A DNA stretch of 64,000 bases. It comes from Euprymna scolopes (taxonomy: Eukaryota). The stretch is taken from assembly GCA_053919585.1 (NCBI GenBank), contig CM132794.1; one strand, 5' to 3'. A program made the translations under genes and the position numbers. The notes under the pieces were generated by a model. It worked only from the letters and a program-made list of their open reading frames with translations. It did not search any database and was not told the origin of the DNA. Positions 26,001-44,000 of the stretch are shown one piece after another. How positions within the stretch are numbered: position 1 is the stretch's first letter; each line of letters starts with the position of its first letter.

Positions 26001-29000
26001 TACCAACTACTACAACATCAATTCCAACAACAACTATATCAATACCAACGACAACCTCTATTCAAACGACACCTACTATTAGTACATCGATACCAACATC
26101 AACACTACACACCTCAACATCAATCCCAACAACTACATCAATGCCAACAACAACAACAACAACAACAACTACTGCAACTACGTCAATACCTACTACAAAA
26201 ACAACATCTATTCCAATGAAGACATCTGCTACAACAACAACTATATCAATACCAACAACAACTTCTATTCCAACACCATCTACTATGACTACATCGATAC
26301 CAACATCAATACTAACAACGACAACATCCATTCCAACTACTACATCCCTCCCTACTACAAAAACATCAATTCCAGCAACTACATCTACTACAACATCAAT
26401 ACCTACTACACACACCACACCAATTCCAACAACATTTACTACAACTATATCAATACCAACTACAGCAGCATCAATTCTGACAAGTACATCAATTCCTACT
26501 ACTAAAACAACATCATTGCCAACAACTACGACAGCTACTACCACTATATCAACACCAACTACTACAACATCAATTCCAACAACAACCATAACAATACAAA
26601 CGACAACTTATATTCCGACAACTACTATGACTACCTCGATACCAACATCAACACTACACACCTCAACATCAATCCCAACAACTACATCAATCCCTACCAC
26701 AAAAACAACATCAATGCAAACAACAACTACTGCAACTACGTCAATACCTACTACACACACCACATCCATTCCAATGAAGACATCTGCTACAACTACAACT
26801 ATATCAATACCAACTACTACAACATCAATTCCAACAACAACTATATCAATACCAACGACAACTTCTATTCCAACAACATCTACTATAACTACCTCGATAC
26901 CAACATCAATACTAACAACGACAACATCCATTCCAACTACTACATCCCTCCCTACTACAAAAACATCAATTCCAGCAACTACATCAACTACAACATCAAT
27001 ACCTACTACACACACTACACCAATTCCAACAACATTTACTACACTTATATCAATACAAACTACAGCAGCATCAATTCTGACAAGTACATCAATTCCTACT
27101 ACTAAAACAACATCATTGCCAACAACTACGACATCTACTACAACTATATCAATACCAACTACTACAACATCAATTCCAACAACTATATCAATACCAACGA
27201 CAACTTCTATTCCAACAACAACTACTATGACTACCTCGATACCAACATCAACACTACACACCTCAACATCAATCACAACAACTACATCAATCCCTACCAA
27301 AAAAACAACATCAATGCCAACAACAAAAACAACTACTGCAACTATGTCAATACCTACTACACACACCACATCCATTCCAATGAAGACATCTGCTACAACT
27401 GCAACTATATCAATACCAACTACTACAACATCAATCCCAACAACAACTATATCAATACCAACGACAACTTCTATTCCAACAACATCTACTATGACTACAT
27501 CGATACCAACATCAATACTAACAACGACAATATCCATTCCGACTACTACGTCCATCCCTACTACAAAAACATCAATTCCAGCAACTACATCTACTACAAA
27601 ACCAATACCTACTACACACACCACATCAATTCCAACAACATTTACTACAACTATATCAATACCGACTACAGCAGCATCAATTCTGACGAGTACATCAATT
27701 CCTACTACTAAAACAACATCATTGCCAACAACCACGACATCTACTACAACTATATCAATACCAACTACTACAACATCAATTCCAACAACAACTATATCAA
27801 TACAAACGACAACTTCTATTCCAACAACAACTACTATGACTACCTCGATACCAACATCAGCACTACACACCTCACCATCAATCCCGACAACTACATCAAT
27901 CCCTACTACAAAAACAACATCAATGCAGACAACAACAACTACTGCAACCATGTCATTACCTACTACACACACCACATCCATTCCAATGGAGACAACTGCT
28001 ACAACTACAACTATATCAATACCAACTACTACAACATCAATTCCAACAACAACTATATCAATACCAACGACAACTCCTATTCCAACAACATCTACTATGA
28101 CTACCTCGATACCAACATCAATACTAACAACGACAACATCCATTTTAACTACTACATCCATCCCTACTAAAAAAACACCAATACCTACCACGCAAACCAC
28201 ATCCATTACTACTAAGCGAACATCATTGCGAACAACAACGACATATACTACAACTATATCAATACCAACTACAACAACATCAATTCCAACAACAACTATA
28301 TCAATACCAACGACAACTTCTATTCCAACAACATCTACTATTACTACATCGATACCAACATCAACACTACACACCTCAACATCAATCCCAACAACTACAT
28401 CAATCCCTACTACAAAAACATCAATGCCAACAACAACAAAAACAACTACTGCAACTACGTCAATACCTACTACACACACTACATCCATTCAAATGAAGAC
28501 ATCTGCTACAACTACAACTATATCAATACCAACTACTACAACTTCAATTCCAACAACAACTATATCAATACCAACGACAACTTCTATTCCAACAACATCT
28601 ACTATGACTACATCGATACCAACATCAATACTAACAACGACAACATCCATTCCAACTACTACATCCATCCCTACTACAAAAACATCAATTCCAGCAACAA
28701 CATCTACTGCAACATCAATACCTACTACACACACCACATCAATTCCGACAGCTTTTACTACAACTATATCAATACCAACTACAGCAGCATCAATTTTGAC
28801 AAGTACATCAATTCCTACTACTAAAACAACATCACTGCCAACAACTACGACATCTACTACAACTATATCAATACCAACTACTACAACATCAATTCCAACA
28901 ACACCTATATCAATACCAACGACAACTTCTATTCCAACAACACCTACTATGACTACCTCGATACCAACATCAACACTTCACACCTCAACATCAATCCCAA

Positions 29001-32000
29001 CAACTACATCAATCCCTACTATAAAAACATCAATGCCAACAACAACAACAACTACGGCACCTACGTCAATACCTACTACACACACCACATCCATTCCAAT
29101 GAAGACATCTTCTACAACTACAACAATATCAATACCAACTACTACAAAATCAATTCCAACGACAACTTCTATTCCAACAATATCTACTATTACTACATCG
29201 ATACCAACATCAACACTACACATCTCAACATCAATCCCAACAACTACATCAATCCCTACTACAAAAACAACATCGATGCCAACAACAACAACAACCTCTA
29301 CTGCAACTACATCAATACCTACTACACACCCCACATCAATTCCAACGAAGACATCTGTTACAACTATATCAATACCAGTAAGAACTACATCAATTCCTTC
29401 TACTAAAACATCAATGACAACAATAACGACATCTACTACAACTATATCAATACCAACTACAACACCATCAATTCCAACAACAACTATATCAATACCAAAA
29501 ACAACTTCTAGTCCAACAACATCTACTTTCACTACATCGATACTAACATCAATACTAACGACAATATCCATTCCAACTACTACATCTATCCCTACTACAA
29601 AAACATCAATTCCAAAAACAACATCTCCTACAACATCAATACCTACTACACACACCACATCAATTCCAACAACATTTACTACAACTATATCAATACCAAC
29701 TACAGCAGCATCAATTCTGACAAGTACATCAATTCCTACTTCTAAAACATCATTGCCAACAACTACGACATATACTACAACTATATCAATACCAACTACT
29801 ACAACATCAATTCCAACAACAACTATATCAATACCAACAAGAACTTCTATTCCAACAACATCTACTATGACTACCTCGATACCAACATCAACACAACATA
29901 CCGCAACATCAATCCCAACAACTACATCAATCCCTACCACAAAAACAACATCAATGCCAACAACAACAACTACGGCAACTACGTCAATACCTACTACACA
30001 CACCACATCAATTCCTATGAAGACATCTGCTACAACTGCAACTATATCAATACCAACTACTACAACATCAATTCCAACAACAATATCAATACCAACGACA
30101 ACTTCTATTCCAACAACATCTACTATGACTACATCGATACCAACTTCAATACTAACAACGACAACATCCATTCCAACTACTACATCCATCCCTACAACAA
30201 AAACATCAATTCCAGCAACAACATCTATTACAACATCAATACCTACTACACATACCACATCAATTCCGACAACATTTACTACAACTATATCAATACCAAC
30301 TACAGCAGCATCAATTCTGACAAGTACATCAATTCCTACATCTAAAACATCATTGCCAACAACTACGACATCTACTACAACTATATCAATACCAACTACT
30401 ACTACATCAATTCCAACAACAACTATATCAATACCAACGACAACTTCTATTCCAACAACTACTATGACTACCTCGATACCAACATCAACACAACATACCG
30501 CAACATCAATCCCAACTACTACATCAATCCCTACCACAAAAACAACATCAATGCCAACAACAACAACTACGGCAACTACGTCAATACCTACTACACACAC
30601 CACATCAATTCCTATGAAGACATCTGCTACAACTACAACTATATCAATACCAACTACTACAACATCAATTCCAACAACAATATCAATACCAACGACAACT
30701 TCTATTCCAACAACATCTACTATGACTACATCGATACCAACTTCAATACTAACAACGACAACATCCATTCCAACTACTACATCCATCCCTACAACAAAAA
30801 CATCAATTCCAGCAGCAACATCTATTACAACATCAATACCTACTACACACACCACATCAATTCCGACAACATTTACTACAACTATATCAATACCAACTAC
30901 AGCAGCATCAATTCTGACAAGTACATCAATTCCTACTTCTAAAACATCATTGCCAACAACTACGACATCTACTACAACTATATCAATAACAACTACTACT
31001 ACATCAATTCCAACAACAACTATATCAATACCAACGACAACTTCTATTCCAACAACAACTGCTATGACAACCTCGATACCAACATCAACACCACACACCT
31101 CAACATCAATCCCAACAACTACATCAATCCCTACCAGAAAAACAACATCAATGCCAACAACATTAACAAAAACTACTGAAACTATGTCAATACCTACTAC
31201 ACACACCACATCAATTCCAATAAAGACATCTGCTACAACTGCAACTATATCAATACCAACTACTACAACATCAATTCCAACAACAACTATATCAATACCA
31301 ACGACAACTTCTATTCCAACAAAAACTACTATGACAACCTCGATACCAACATCAACACTACACACCTCAACATCAATCCCAACAACTACATCAATCCCTA
31401 CTGCAAAAACAACATCAATGCCAACAACAACAACAACAACAACCTCTACTGCCACTACATCCATACCTACTACACACACCCCATCAATTCCAATAAAGAC
31501 ACCTGCTACAACTACATCGGTACCAGTAACAACTACATCAATTCCTACTACTAAAACAACATCATTGCCAACAACTACGACATCTAGTACAACTATATCA
31601 ATACCAACTACTACAACATCAATTCCAACAACAACTATATCAATACCAACGACAACTTCAATTCCAACAACATCTACTATGACTACATCGATTCCAACAT
31701 CAATACTAACAACGACAACATCGATTCCAACAACTACATCAATCCCTACTACACAAACAACATCAATTCCAACAACATCTACTCCAACAACATCAATACC
31801 TACCACACACACCACATCCATTACTACTAAACGAATATCATTGCCAACAACAATGACATCTACTACAACTATATCAATACCAACTACAACATCAATTCCA
31901 ACAACAACTATATCAATACCAACGACAACTTCTATTCAAACAACATCTACTATTACTACATCGATACCAACGTCAACACTACACACCTCAACATCAACCC

Positions 32001-35000
32001 CAACAACTACATCAATCACTACTACAAAAACAACATCAATGCCAACAACAACTACTGCAACTACGTCAATGCCTACTACACACACCACATCTATTCCAAT
32101 GAAGACATCTGCTACAACTACAACTATATCAATACGAACTACTACAACATCATTGACAACGAGAACTATATCAATACCAACGACAACTTCTATTCCAACA
32201 TCTACTATGACTACCTCGATACCAACATCAATACTAACAACGACAACATCTATTGCAACTACTACACCAATCCCTACTACAAAAACATCACTTCCAGCAA
32301 CAACATCTACTACAACATCAATACTTACTACACACACCACATCAATTCCGACAAAATTTACTACAACTATATCAATACCAACTACAGCAGCATCAATTCT
32401 TACAAGTACATCGATTCCTACTACTAAAACAAAATCATTGCCAACAACTACGACATCTACTACAACTATATCAATACCAACTACTACAACATCAATTCCA
32501 ACAACAACTATATCAATACCAACGACAACTTCTATTCCAACTCCAACTACTATGACTACCTCGATACCAACATCAACACTACACACCTCAACATCAATCC
32601 CAACAACTACATCAATCCCTACCACAAAAACATCAATGCCAACAACAACAACTACTGCAACTACGTCAATACCTACTACACACACCACATCCATTCCAAT
32701 CAAGACATCTGCTCAAACTGAAACTATATCAATACCAACTACAAAAACATCAATTCCAACAACTATATCAATACCAACGACAACTTCTATTCGAACTAAA
32801 TCTACTATGACTACATCGATTCCAACATCAATACTAACAATGACAACATCCATTCCAACAACTACCTCAATCCCTACCACACAAACAACATCAATTCCAA
32901 CAACATCTACTAAAACAACATCAATACCTTCCACACACGCCACATCCATTACTTCTAAACGAACATCATTGCCAACAACAACGATATCTACTACAACTAT
33001 ATCAATACCAACTACAACAACAGCATCAATTCCAACAACAACTATATTAATACCAACGACAACTTCTATTCCAACACCATCTACTATTACTACATCAATA
33101 CCAACATCCACACTACACACCTCAACATCAATCCCAACAACTACATCAATCCCTACTACAAAAACAACATCGATGCCAACAACAACAACAACCTTTACTG
33201 AAACTACATCAATACCTACTACACACATCGCATCAATTCCAATGAAGACATCTTCAACAACTATATCAATACCAGTAAGGACTACATCAATCCCTACTAC
33301 TAAAACAACATCATTGACAACAACAACATCTACTACAACTATATCAATACCACCTACTACAACATCAATTCCAACAACAACTATATCAATACCAACGACA
33401 ACTTCTATTCCAACAACATCTACTATGACTACATCGATACCAACATCAATACTAACAACAACATCTATTCCAACAACTACATCCATCCCTACTATAAAAA
33501 CATCAATTCCAGCAACATCTACTACAACATCAATATCTACTACACACGCCACATCAATTCCAACAACATTTACTACAACTATATCAATACCAACTACAGC
33601 AGCATCAATTCTGACAAGTACATCAATTCCTACTACTAAAACAACATCATTGCCAACAACTACGACATCTACTACAACTATATCAATACCAACTACTACA
33701 ACATCAATTCCAACAACAACTATATCAATACCAACGACAACTTCTATTCCAACAACACCTACTATTACTACCTCTATACCAACATCAACACTAAACACCT
33801 CAACATCAATCCCAACAACTACATCAATCCCTACTACAAAAACTACATCAATGCCAATAACAACAACAACTACGGCAACTACGTCAATACCTACTACACA
33901 ACCCACATCCATTCCAATAAAGACATCTGCTACAACTACAACTATATCAATACCAACTACTACAACATCAATTCCAACAACAACTATATCAATACCAACG
34001 ACAACTTCTATTCCAACAACATCTACTATGACTACCTCGATACAAACATCAATACTAACAACGACAACATCAATCCCAACAGCTTTATCAATCCCTACTA
34101 CAACAACAACATCAATGCCAACAACAACTACGGCAACTACGTCAATACCTACTACACACACCACATCCATTCCAATGAAGACATCTGCTACAACTACAAC
34201 TATATCAATACCAACTACTACAACATCAATCCCAACAACAACTCTATCAATACCAACGACAACTTCTATTCCAACAACATCTACTATGACTACATCGATA
34301 CCAACATCAATAATAACAACGACAACATCCACTCAAACAACTACATCCATCCCTACTACAAAAACAACATCAATGCCAACAACAACAACCTCCATTGCAA
34401 CTACATCAATACCTACTACACACACCACATCAATTCCAATAAAGACACCTGCTACAACTACATCGATACAAGTAACAACTACATCAATTCCTACTACAAA
34501 AACATCAATTCCAGCAACATCTACTACAATATCAATACCTACTACACACACCACATCAATTCCGACAAAATTTACTACAACTATATCAATACCAACTACA
34601 GCAGCATCAATTCTGACAAGTACATCAATTCCTACTACTAAAACAACATCATTGCCTACAACTACGACATCTACTACAACTATATCAATACCAACTACTA
34701 CAACATCAATTCCAACAACAACTATATCATTACCAACGACTTCTATTCCAACTACAACTACTATGACTACCTCGATACCAACATCAACACTACACACCTC
34801 AACATCAATCCCAACAACTACATCAATCCCTACCACAAAAACAACATCATTGCCAACAACAACAACAACTACTGCAACTACGTCAATACCTACTACACAC
34901 ACCACATCAATTCCAATGAAGACATCTGCTACAACTGCAACTATATCAATACCAACTACTACAACATCAATTCCAACAACTATATCACTACCCAAGACAA

Positions 35001-38000
35001 CCTCTATTCCAACAACAACTACTATGACAACATCGATACCAACATCAACACTATACACCTCAACATCAATCCCAACAACTACATCAATCCCTACTGCAAA
35101 AACAACATCAATGCCAACAACAACAACCTCCACTGCAACTACATCTATACCTAATACACACACCACATCAATTCCAATAAAGACACCTGCTACAACTACA
35201 TCGATACCAGTAACAACTACATCAATTCCTACTACTAAAACAACATCATTGCCAACAACTACGACATCTATTACAACTATATCAATACCAACTACTACAA
35301 CATCAATTCCAACAACAACTATATCAATACAAACGAGAACTTCTATTCCAACTACATCTACTATGACTACATCGATTCCAACATCAATACTAACAACGAC
35401 AACATCCATTCCAACAACGACATCAATCCCTACCACACAAACAACATCAATTCCAACAATATCTACTCAAACAATATCAATACCTACCACACACACCATA
35501 TCCATTACTACTAAACGAATATTATTGCCAACAACGACATCTACTACAACTATATCAATACCAACTACAACAACATCAATTCCAACAATAACTATATCAA
35601 TACCAACGACAACTTCTATTCCAATAACATCTACTATTACTAAATCGATACCAACGTCAACACTACACACCTCAACATCAACCCCAACAACTACATCAAT
35701 CACAACTACAAAAACAACATCAATGCCAACAACAACAACTACTGCAACTACGTCAATGCCTACTACACACACCACATCTATTCCAATGAAGACATCTGCT
35801 ACAACTACAACTATATCAATACCAACTACTACAACATCATTGATAACAACAACTATATCAATACCAACGACAACTTCTATTCCAACAACATCTACTATGA
35901 CTACCTCGATACCAACATCAATACTAACAACGACAAAATCCATTCCAACTACTAGATCCATCCCTACTACAAAAACATCAATTCCAGCAACAACATCTAC
36001 TACAACGTCAATACCTACTACACACACCACATCAATACCAACAACATTTACTACAACTATATCAATACCAACTACAGCAGCATCAATTCTGACAAGTACA
36101 TCAATTCCTACTACTAAAACAACATCATTGCAAACAACTACGACATCTACTACAACTATATCAATACCAACTACTACAACATCAATTCCTGCTACAACAA
36201 CTATATCAATACCAACGACAACTTCTATTCCAACTCCAACTACTATTACCTCGATACCAACATCAACACTACACACCTCAACATCAATCCCAACAACTAC
36301 ATCAATCCCTACCAAAAAAACAACATCAATGCCAACAACAACAACAACTACTGCAACTACATCATTGCCTACTACACACACCACATCAATTCCAATGAAG
36401 ACATCTGCTACAACTGCAACTATATCAATACCAACTACTACAACATCAATTCCAACAACTATATCAATACCAACGACAACTTCCATTCCAACAACAACTA
36501 CTATGACAACCTCGATACCAACATCAACACTACACACCTCAACATCAATCCCAACAACTACATCAATCCCTACTGCAAAAACAACATCAATGCCAACAAC
36601 AACAACAACAACCTCTGCTGCAACTACATCCATACCTACTACACAGACCACATCAATTCCAATAAAGACACCTGCTACAACTACATCGATACCAGTAACA
36701 ACTACATCAATTCCTACTACTAAAAAAACATCATTGCCAACAACTACGGCATCTACTACAACTATATCAATACCAACTACTACAACATCAATTCCAACAA
36801 AAACTATATCAATACAAACGAGAACTTCTATTCCAACTACATCTACTATGACTACATCGATTCCAACATCAATACTAACAACGACAACATCCATTCCAAC
36901 AACGACATCAATCCCTACCACACAAACAACATCAATTCCAACATCTACTCAAACAACATCAATACCTACCAAACACACCACATCCATTACTACTAAACGA
37001 ACATCATTGCCAACAACAACGACATCTACTACAACTATATCAATACCAACTACAACAACATCAATTCCAACAACAACTATATCATCACCAACGACATCTT
37101 CTATTCCAACAACATCTACTATTACTACATCGATACCAACGTCAACACTACACACCTCAACATCAACCCCAACAACTACATCAATCACTACTACAAAAAC
37201 AACATCAATGCCAACAACAACAACTACTGCAACTACGTCAATGCCTACTACACACACCACATCTATTCCAATGAAGACATCTGCTACAACTATATCAATA
37301 CCAACTACTACAACATCATTGACAACAACAACTATATCAATACCAACGACAACTTCTATTCCAACACCATCTACTATGACTACCTCGATATTAACATCAA
37401 TACTAACAACGACAAAATCCATTCCAACAACTACATCCATCCCTACTACAAAAACATCAATTCCAGCAACAACATCTACTACAACATCAATACCTACTAC
37501 ACACACCACATCAATTCCGACAAAATTTACAACTATATCAATACCAACTACAGCAGCATCAATTCTGACAAGTACATCAATTCCTACTACTAAAACAACA
37601 TCATTGCCAACAACTACGAGATCTACTACAACTATATCAATACCAACTACTACAACATCAATTCCAACAACAACAACTATATCAATACCAACGACAACTT
37701 CTATTCCAACTCCAACTACTATGACTACCTCGATACCAACATCAACACTACACACCTCAACATCAATCCCAACAACTACATCAATCCCTACCACAAAAAC
37801 AACATCAATGCCAACAACAACAGCAACTACTGCAACTACTTCAATACCTACTACACACACCACATCAATTCCAATGAAGACATCTGCTACAACTGCAACT
37901 ATATCAATACCAACTACTACAACATCAATTCCAACAACAACTATATCAATACCAACGACAACTTCTATTCCAACAACAACTACTATGACAACCTCGATAC

Positions 38001-41000
38001 CAATATCAACACTACACACCTCAACATCAATCCCAACAACTACATCAATCCCTACTGCAAAAACAACATCAATGCCAACAAAAACAACAACCTCTGCTGC
38101 AACTACATCCATACCTACTACACAGACCAAATCAATTCCAATAAAGACACCTGCTACTACATCGATACCACTAAAAACTACATCAATTTCTACTACTAAA
38201 AAACCATCATTGCCAAAAACTACGATATCTACTACAACTATATCAATACCAACTACTACAACATACATTCAAACAACAACTATATCAATACAAACGAGAA
38301 CTTCTATTCCAACTACATCTACTATGACTACATCGATTCCAACATCAATACAAACAACGACAACATCCAGTCCAACAACTACATCAATCCCTACCACACA
38401 AACAACATCAATTCAAAAAACATCTACTAAAACAACATCGATACCTTCCACACACGCCACATCCATTACTACTAAACGAACATCATTGCCAACAACAACG
38501 ACATCTACTACAACTATATCAATACCAACGAAAACTTCTATTCCAACATATGCTATTACTACATCAATATCAACATCCACACTACACACCTCAACATCAA
38601 TCCCAACAACTACATCAATCCCTACTACAAAAACAACATCGATGCCAACAAGAACAACACCAACCTTTACTGCAACTACATCAATACCTACTACACACAC
38701 CACATCAATTCCAATGAAGACATCTGCTACAAAAACACCGATACCAGTAACAACTACATCAATTCCTACTACTAAAACAACATCATTGCCAACAACAACC
38801 TCTACTGCAACATCAATACCTACTACACACACCACATCGATTCCAATGAGGAATTCTGCTACAACAACACCGATACCAGTAACAACTACATCAATTCCTA
38901 CTACTAAAACAACATCATTGCCAACAAGAACGACATCTACTACAACTATATCAATACCAACTACTACAACATCAATTCCAACAACAATTATATCATTAAC
39001 AACGACAACTTCTATTCCAAAATCATCAACTATGACTACATCGATACCAACATCAATACTAACAACGACAACATCAATTCCAACTACTACATCCATCCAT
39101 TCTACAAGTACATCAATTCCGGCAACAACATCTACGACAACATCAATACCTACTACACACACCACATCAATTCCAAAAACATTTACTACAACTATATCAA
39201 TACCAACTACAGCAGCATCAATTCTGACAAGTACATCAATTCTTACTACTAAAACAACATCATTGCCAACAACTACGACATCTACTACAACTATATCAAT
39301 ACCAACTACTACATCAATTCCAACAACAACTATATCAATACCAACGACAACTTCTATTACAACAACACCGACTATTACTACCTTGATACCAACATCAACA
39401 CTACACACCTCAACATCAATCCCAACTACTACATCAATCCCTACTACAAAAACATTATCAATGCCAACAACAACAACAACCTCTACTGCAACTACATCCA
39501 TACCTACTACACACACCACATCCATTCCAATAAAGACATCTACTACAACTACATCGATACCAGTAACAACTACATCATTGCCTACTACTAAAACAACATC
39601 ATTGCCAACAACAACGACATCTACTACAACTATATCAATACCAATTACTACAACATCAATTCCAACAACAACTATATCAATAACAACAACTTCCATTCCA
39701 ACAACATCTACTATGACTACATCGATACCAACATCAATACTAACAACGACAATATCCATTCCAACAACTACATCAATCCGTACCACAGCAACAACATCAA
39801 TTCCAACAACATCTACTACAACGCCATCAATACCTACTACACACACCAAATCCATTCCAATAACAACATCTACTAAAACTATATTAGTACCACCAACAGC
39901 GCCATCAATTCAGACAACAACTACATTAATTCCTACTACAAAACTAACATCATTGCCAACAACAACGACATCGAATACAACTATATCAATACCAACTACT
40001 ATAACATCAATTCCAACAACTATATCAATACCAACAACAACTTCTATTTCAACAACATCTACCATGACTCCATCGATGCCAACATCAATACTAATAACGA
40101 CAACATCCATTCCAACAACTACATCAATTCCTACAACACAATCATCAATTCCAACAACATCTACTACAACTATATCAATACCTACTACGCACACGACATC
40201 CATTCCACTAACAACATCTACTAAAACTATATCAGTACCACCAACAGCGGCATCAATTCAGACAACAACTACATCAAATCCTACTACTAAAACAACATCA
40301 TTGCCAAAAACATCTACTATGACTACATCGATACCAACATCAATACTAACAACGATAACATCCATTCGAACAACTACATCAATCTCTACAACAGAAACAA
40401 CATCTATTCCAAAAACAACGACATTTACTGCAACTACATCAATACCTACTACACACATCACATCAATTGCAACGCAGACATCTACTACAACTACATCCGT
40501 ATCAGCTACAACTACACCAATTCCTACTACTAAAACAACATCATTGCCAACATCTACTACAATAATATCAATACCAACTAAAACCACATCAGTTCCAACA
40601 ACAACTATATCAATACCAACTACAACATCAATTCCAACAACTATATCAATACCAACCACAACCTCTATTCCAACAACATCTATGACTACACCGATACCAA
40701 CATCAATACTAATAACGACAAGATACATTCCAACTACTACATCAATCCCTACTACACAAAAAACATCAACACAAGCAACACCTTCTACAACATCAATACC
40801 TACTACACACACTACACCAATTCCAACAACGACAACATCTGCTACAACTATATCAGTACCTACTATAGCAGCATCAATTAAGACAACTACATCAGTTCCT
40901 ACTACGAAAACCACATCATTGCAAACAACGACATCTACTACAACTATATCAATACCCCCTACTACAACATCAATTCCAACAACAACTATATCAATACCAA

Positions 41001-44000
41001 CGACATCTACTATGACTACATCGATACCAACATCAATACTAACAACGACAACATTCATTCCAACAATTACATCAATCACTACCACACAAAAAACATCAAT
41101 TCCAACAACATCTAATGCATCAATACCTACTACACATACCACATCGATTACTACTAAACAAACATCATTGCCAACAAGAACGACATCTACTACAACTATA
41201 TCAATACCAACTACTACAACATCAATTCCAACAACAACTATATCAATACCAACGACAACTTCTATTCCAACAACATCTACTATGACTACATCGATACCAA
41301 CATCAATACTAACAACAACAACATCTATTCCAATAACTACATCAATCCCTACTAAACAAACAACATCAATTCCAAAAACATCTACTAGAACTACATCAAT
41401 ACCTACTACACACACCACATTCATTCCAACAACAACATCTACTAAAACTATATCAGTACCACCAACAGCGGCATCAATTCAGACAACTACAATAAATCCT
41501 ACTACTAAACCAAAATCATTGCCAACAACAACGACATCTACTACAACTATATCAATACCAACTACTACAACATCAATTCCAACAACAACTATATCAATAC
41601 CAATGACAACTTCTATTCCAACAAAATCTACTATGACTACATCGATACCAACATCATTACTAACAACGACAACATCCATTCCAACTACTACATCCATCCC
41701 TACTACAAAAACACCTATTCCAGCAACAACATCTACTACAATATCAATACCTACTACACTAACCACATCAATTCCAACAACATTTACTACAACTATATCA
41801 ATACCAACTACAGCAGCATCAATGCTGACAAGTACATCAATTCCTACTACTAAAACAACATCATTTCCAACAATGACATCTACAACAACTAAATTAATAA
41901 AAACAACACCAACATCGATTCCAATAACCACTATGTCGATTACAATGACAACTTCTATTCCAACATCTACTATGACTACATCAATACCAACATCAATACG
42001 TACAATTCCAACAACTACATCAATCACTACTACAAAACCAACATCAATTCTAGCAACATCTACTACAATAACAGCAATACCTACTATACACACAACATCA
42101 ATTCCAACTACATCCGTTCCAGCTACAACTACATCAATCCCCACTACTAAAACAACATCATTTCCAACAACAACGACATCTACCACAACTATATCAATAC
42201 GAACTACTACTACATCAATTCCGACAACAACTATATCAGTACCAACGACAACTTCTATTCCAACAACATCTACTATGACTACATCGATACCAACATCAAT
42301 AATAATAACCACAACATCAATCCCAACAACTACATCAATCACTACTACATCATTCGCAACAACGACAACATCTACTACAATTCTGTCAGTACCAACTACA
42401 TCAAGACCAACAACAACCTCTTTTATAACTACATCGACACCATCATCAACACTAACAACATCAATTCCAACAATAACTGCATCCATACCTTCTTCAAGAA
42501 CATCAACTACAAGTACATCAATACCTACTAAAGCAACATCAATTCAGTCAACAACTACATTGATTCCAACTACAAAAACCATATCATTGCCTATAACGAC
42601 ATCTGTAACCATATCAATACCAACTGCAACAACATCAATTCCAACCGTAACTACATCAATGCCAACCACAACTTCTAGTCCAACAATATCGACTATAACT
42701 ACATCGATACCAACATCAATAATCAGAACATCAATTCCAAAAACTACATCCATACATACGTCAAAAACTACATCGATTCCAACAACCACATCTACTACAA
42801 CTACATCTATACCATCATCCTTATCCACAACGATCACATCAATACCAACAACCACATTAATACCTACTACATCACCAATTCCAACAACAAAAACATCAAT
42901 TCCTACAATAATTTCAATACATACTCCAAAACCAATATCAATTCCAACAACAGTTTCAACTACAACTATATGGATACCAACTATGACATCAATTCCAACA
43001 ACATCTATACAAACTATATCAATACCAACGACAGCATTATCCACTAGGAAAACATCACTTCCTACAACAACTACATCAATACTTACAACTTCTGTTCCAA
43101 CAAAAACAATTTCTACTACAACTACTTCTATACCAACATACATTCCCACAATAACTACATCAATAAATACTTCAAAGAGGTCATCAATATTTACAAAAAT
43201 AGAAACCACAATTACTTCGATACCAACGACAGCAAAACCCACTACAATTTCGATGCCAACAACTTTATCAATACCTTCTACACACACTACAATTATTCCA
43301 ACAACATTTACAATTACATCAATACCTACTACAGCATCAATTCAAACAACTACATCATTCCCTATTACCAAAACAACACCATTTTTAACAAGGACACCTA
43401 CATCAAGACCAACTATGACAACATCAGTTTCAGCAACTACATCAATTTCAGCAACTACATCAGTACCAACGACAATTTCTATTCCATCATATACTATGTC
43501 TTCATTAATACCAACATCAATATTAAAAACATCAATTCCAACAACTGCATCCACACCTACTAGAAAAACATCAATTCCAACAACAACATCTACTACAACT
43601 CCCTCAGTACATACTACAGCAACATCAATTCAGACAACTACATCAATTCCTACAACTAAAACAACATCATTGCCAACATCTACTACAATTATATTAATTC
43701 CAACAAGAACTACATCTATACGAATGACAACTTCTATTCCAACGACATCTACTATAACTACATCGATGCCAACATCAATACTAACGACAACATCAATTCC
43801 AACAACAACTACATCCACAACTACTACAATTCCAACAAGAACATCAACTACATCAATACCTACAACAGAAAAATCAATTCAGACAACAACTACATTAATT
43901 CTAACTACAAAAAGTATATCATTGCCTACAACAACGACATCTACAACAACTATATCTATGCCAACTACGACAACATCAATTCCAACAACAACTACATCAA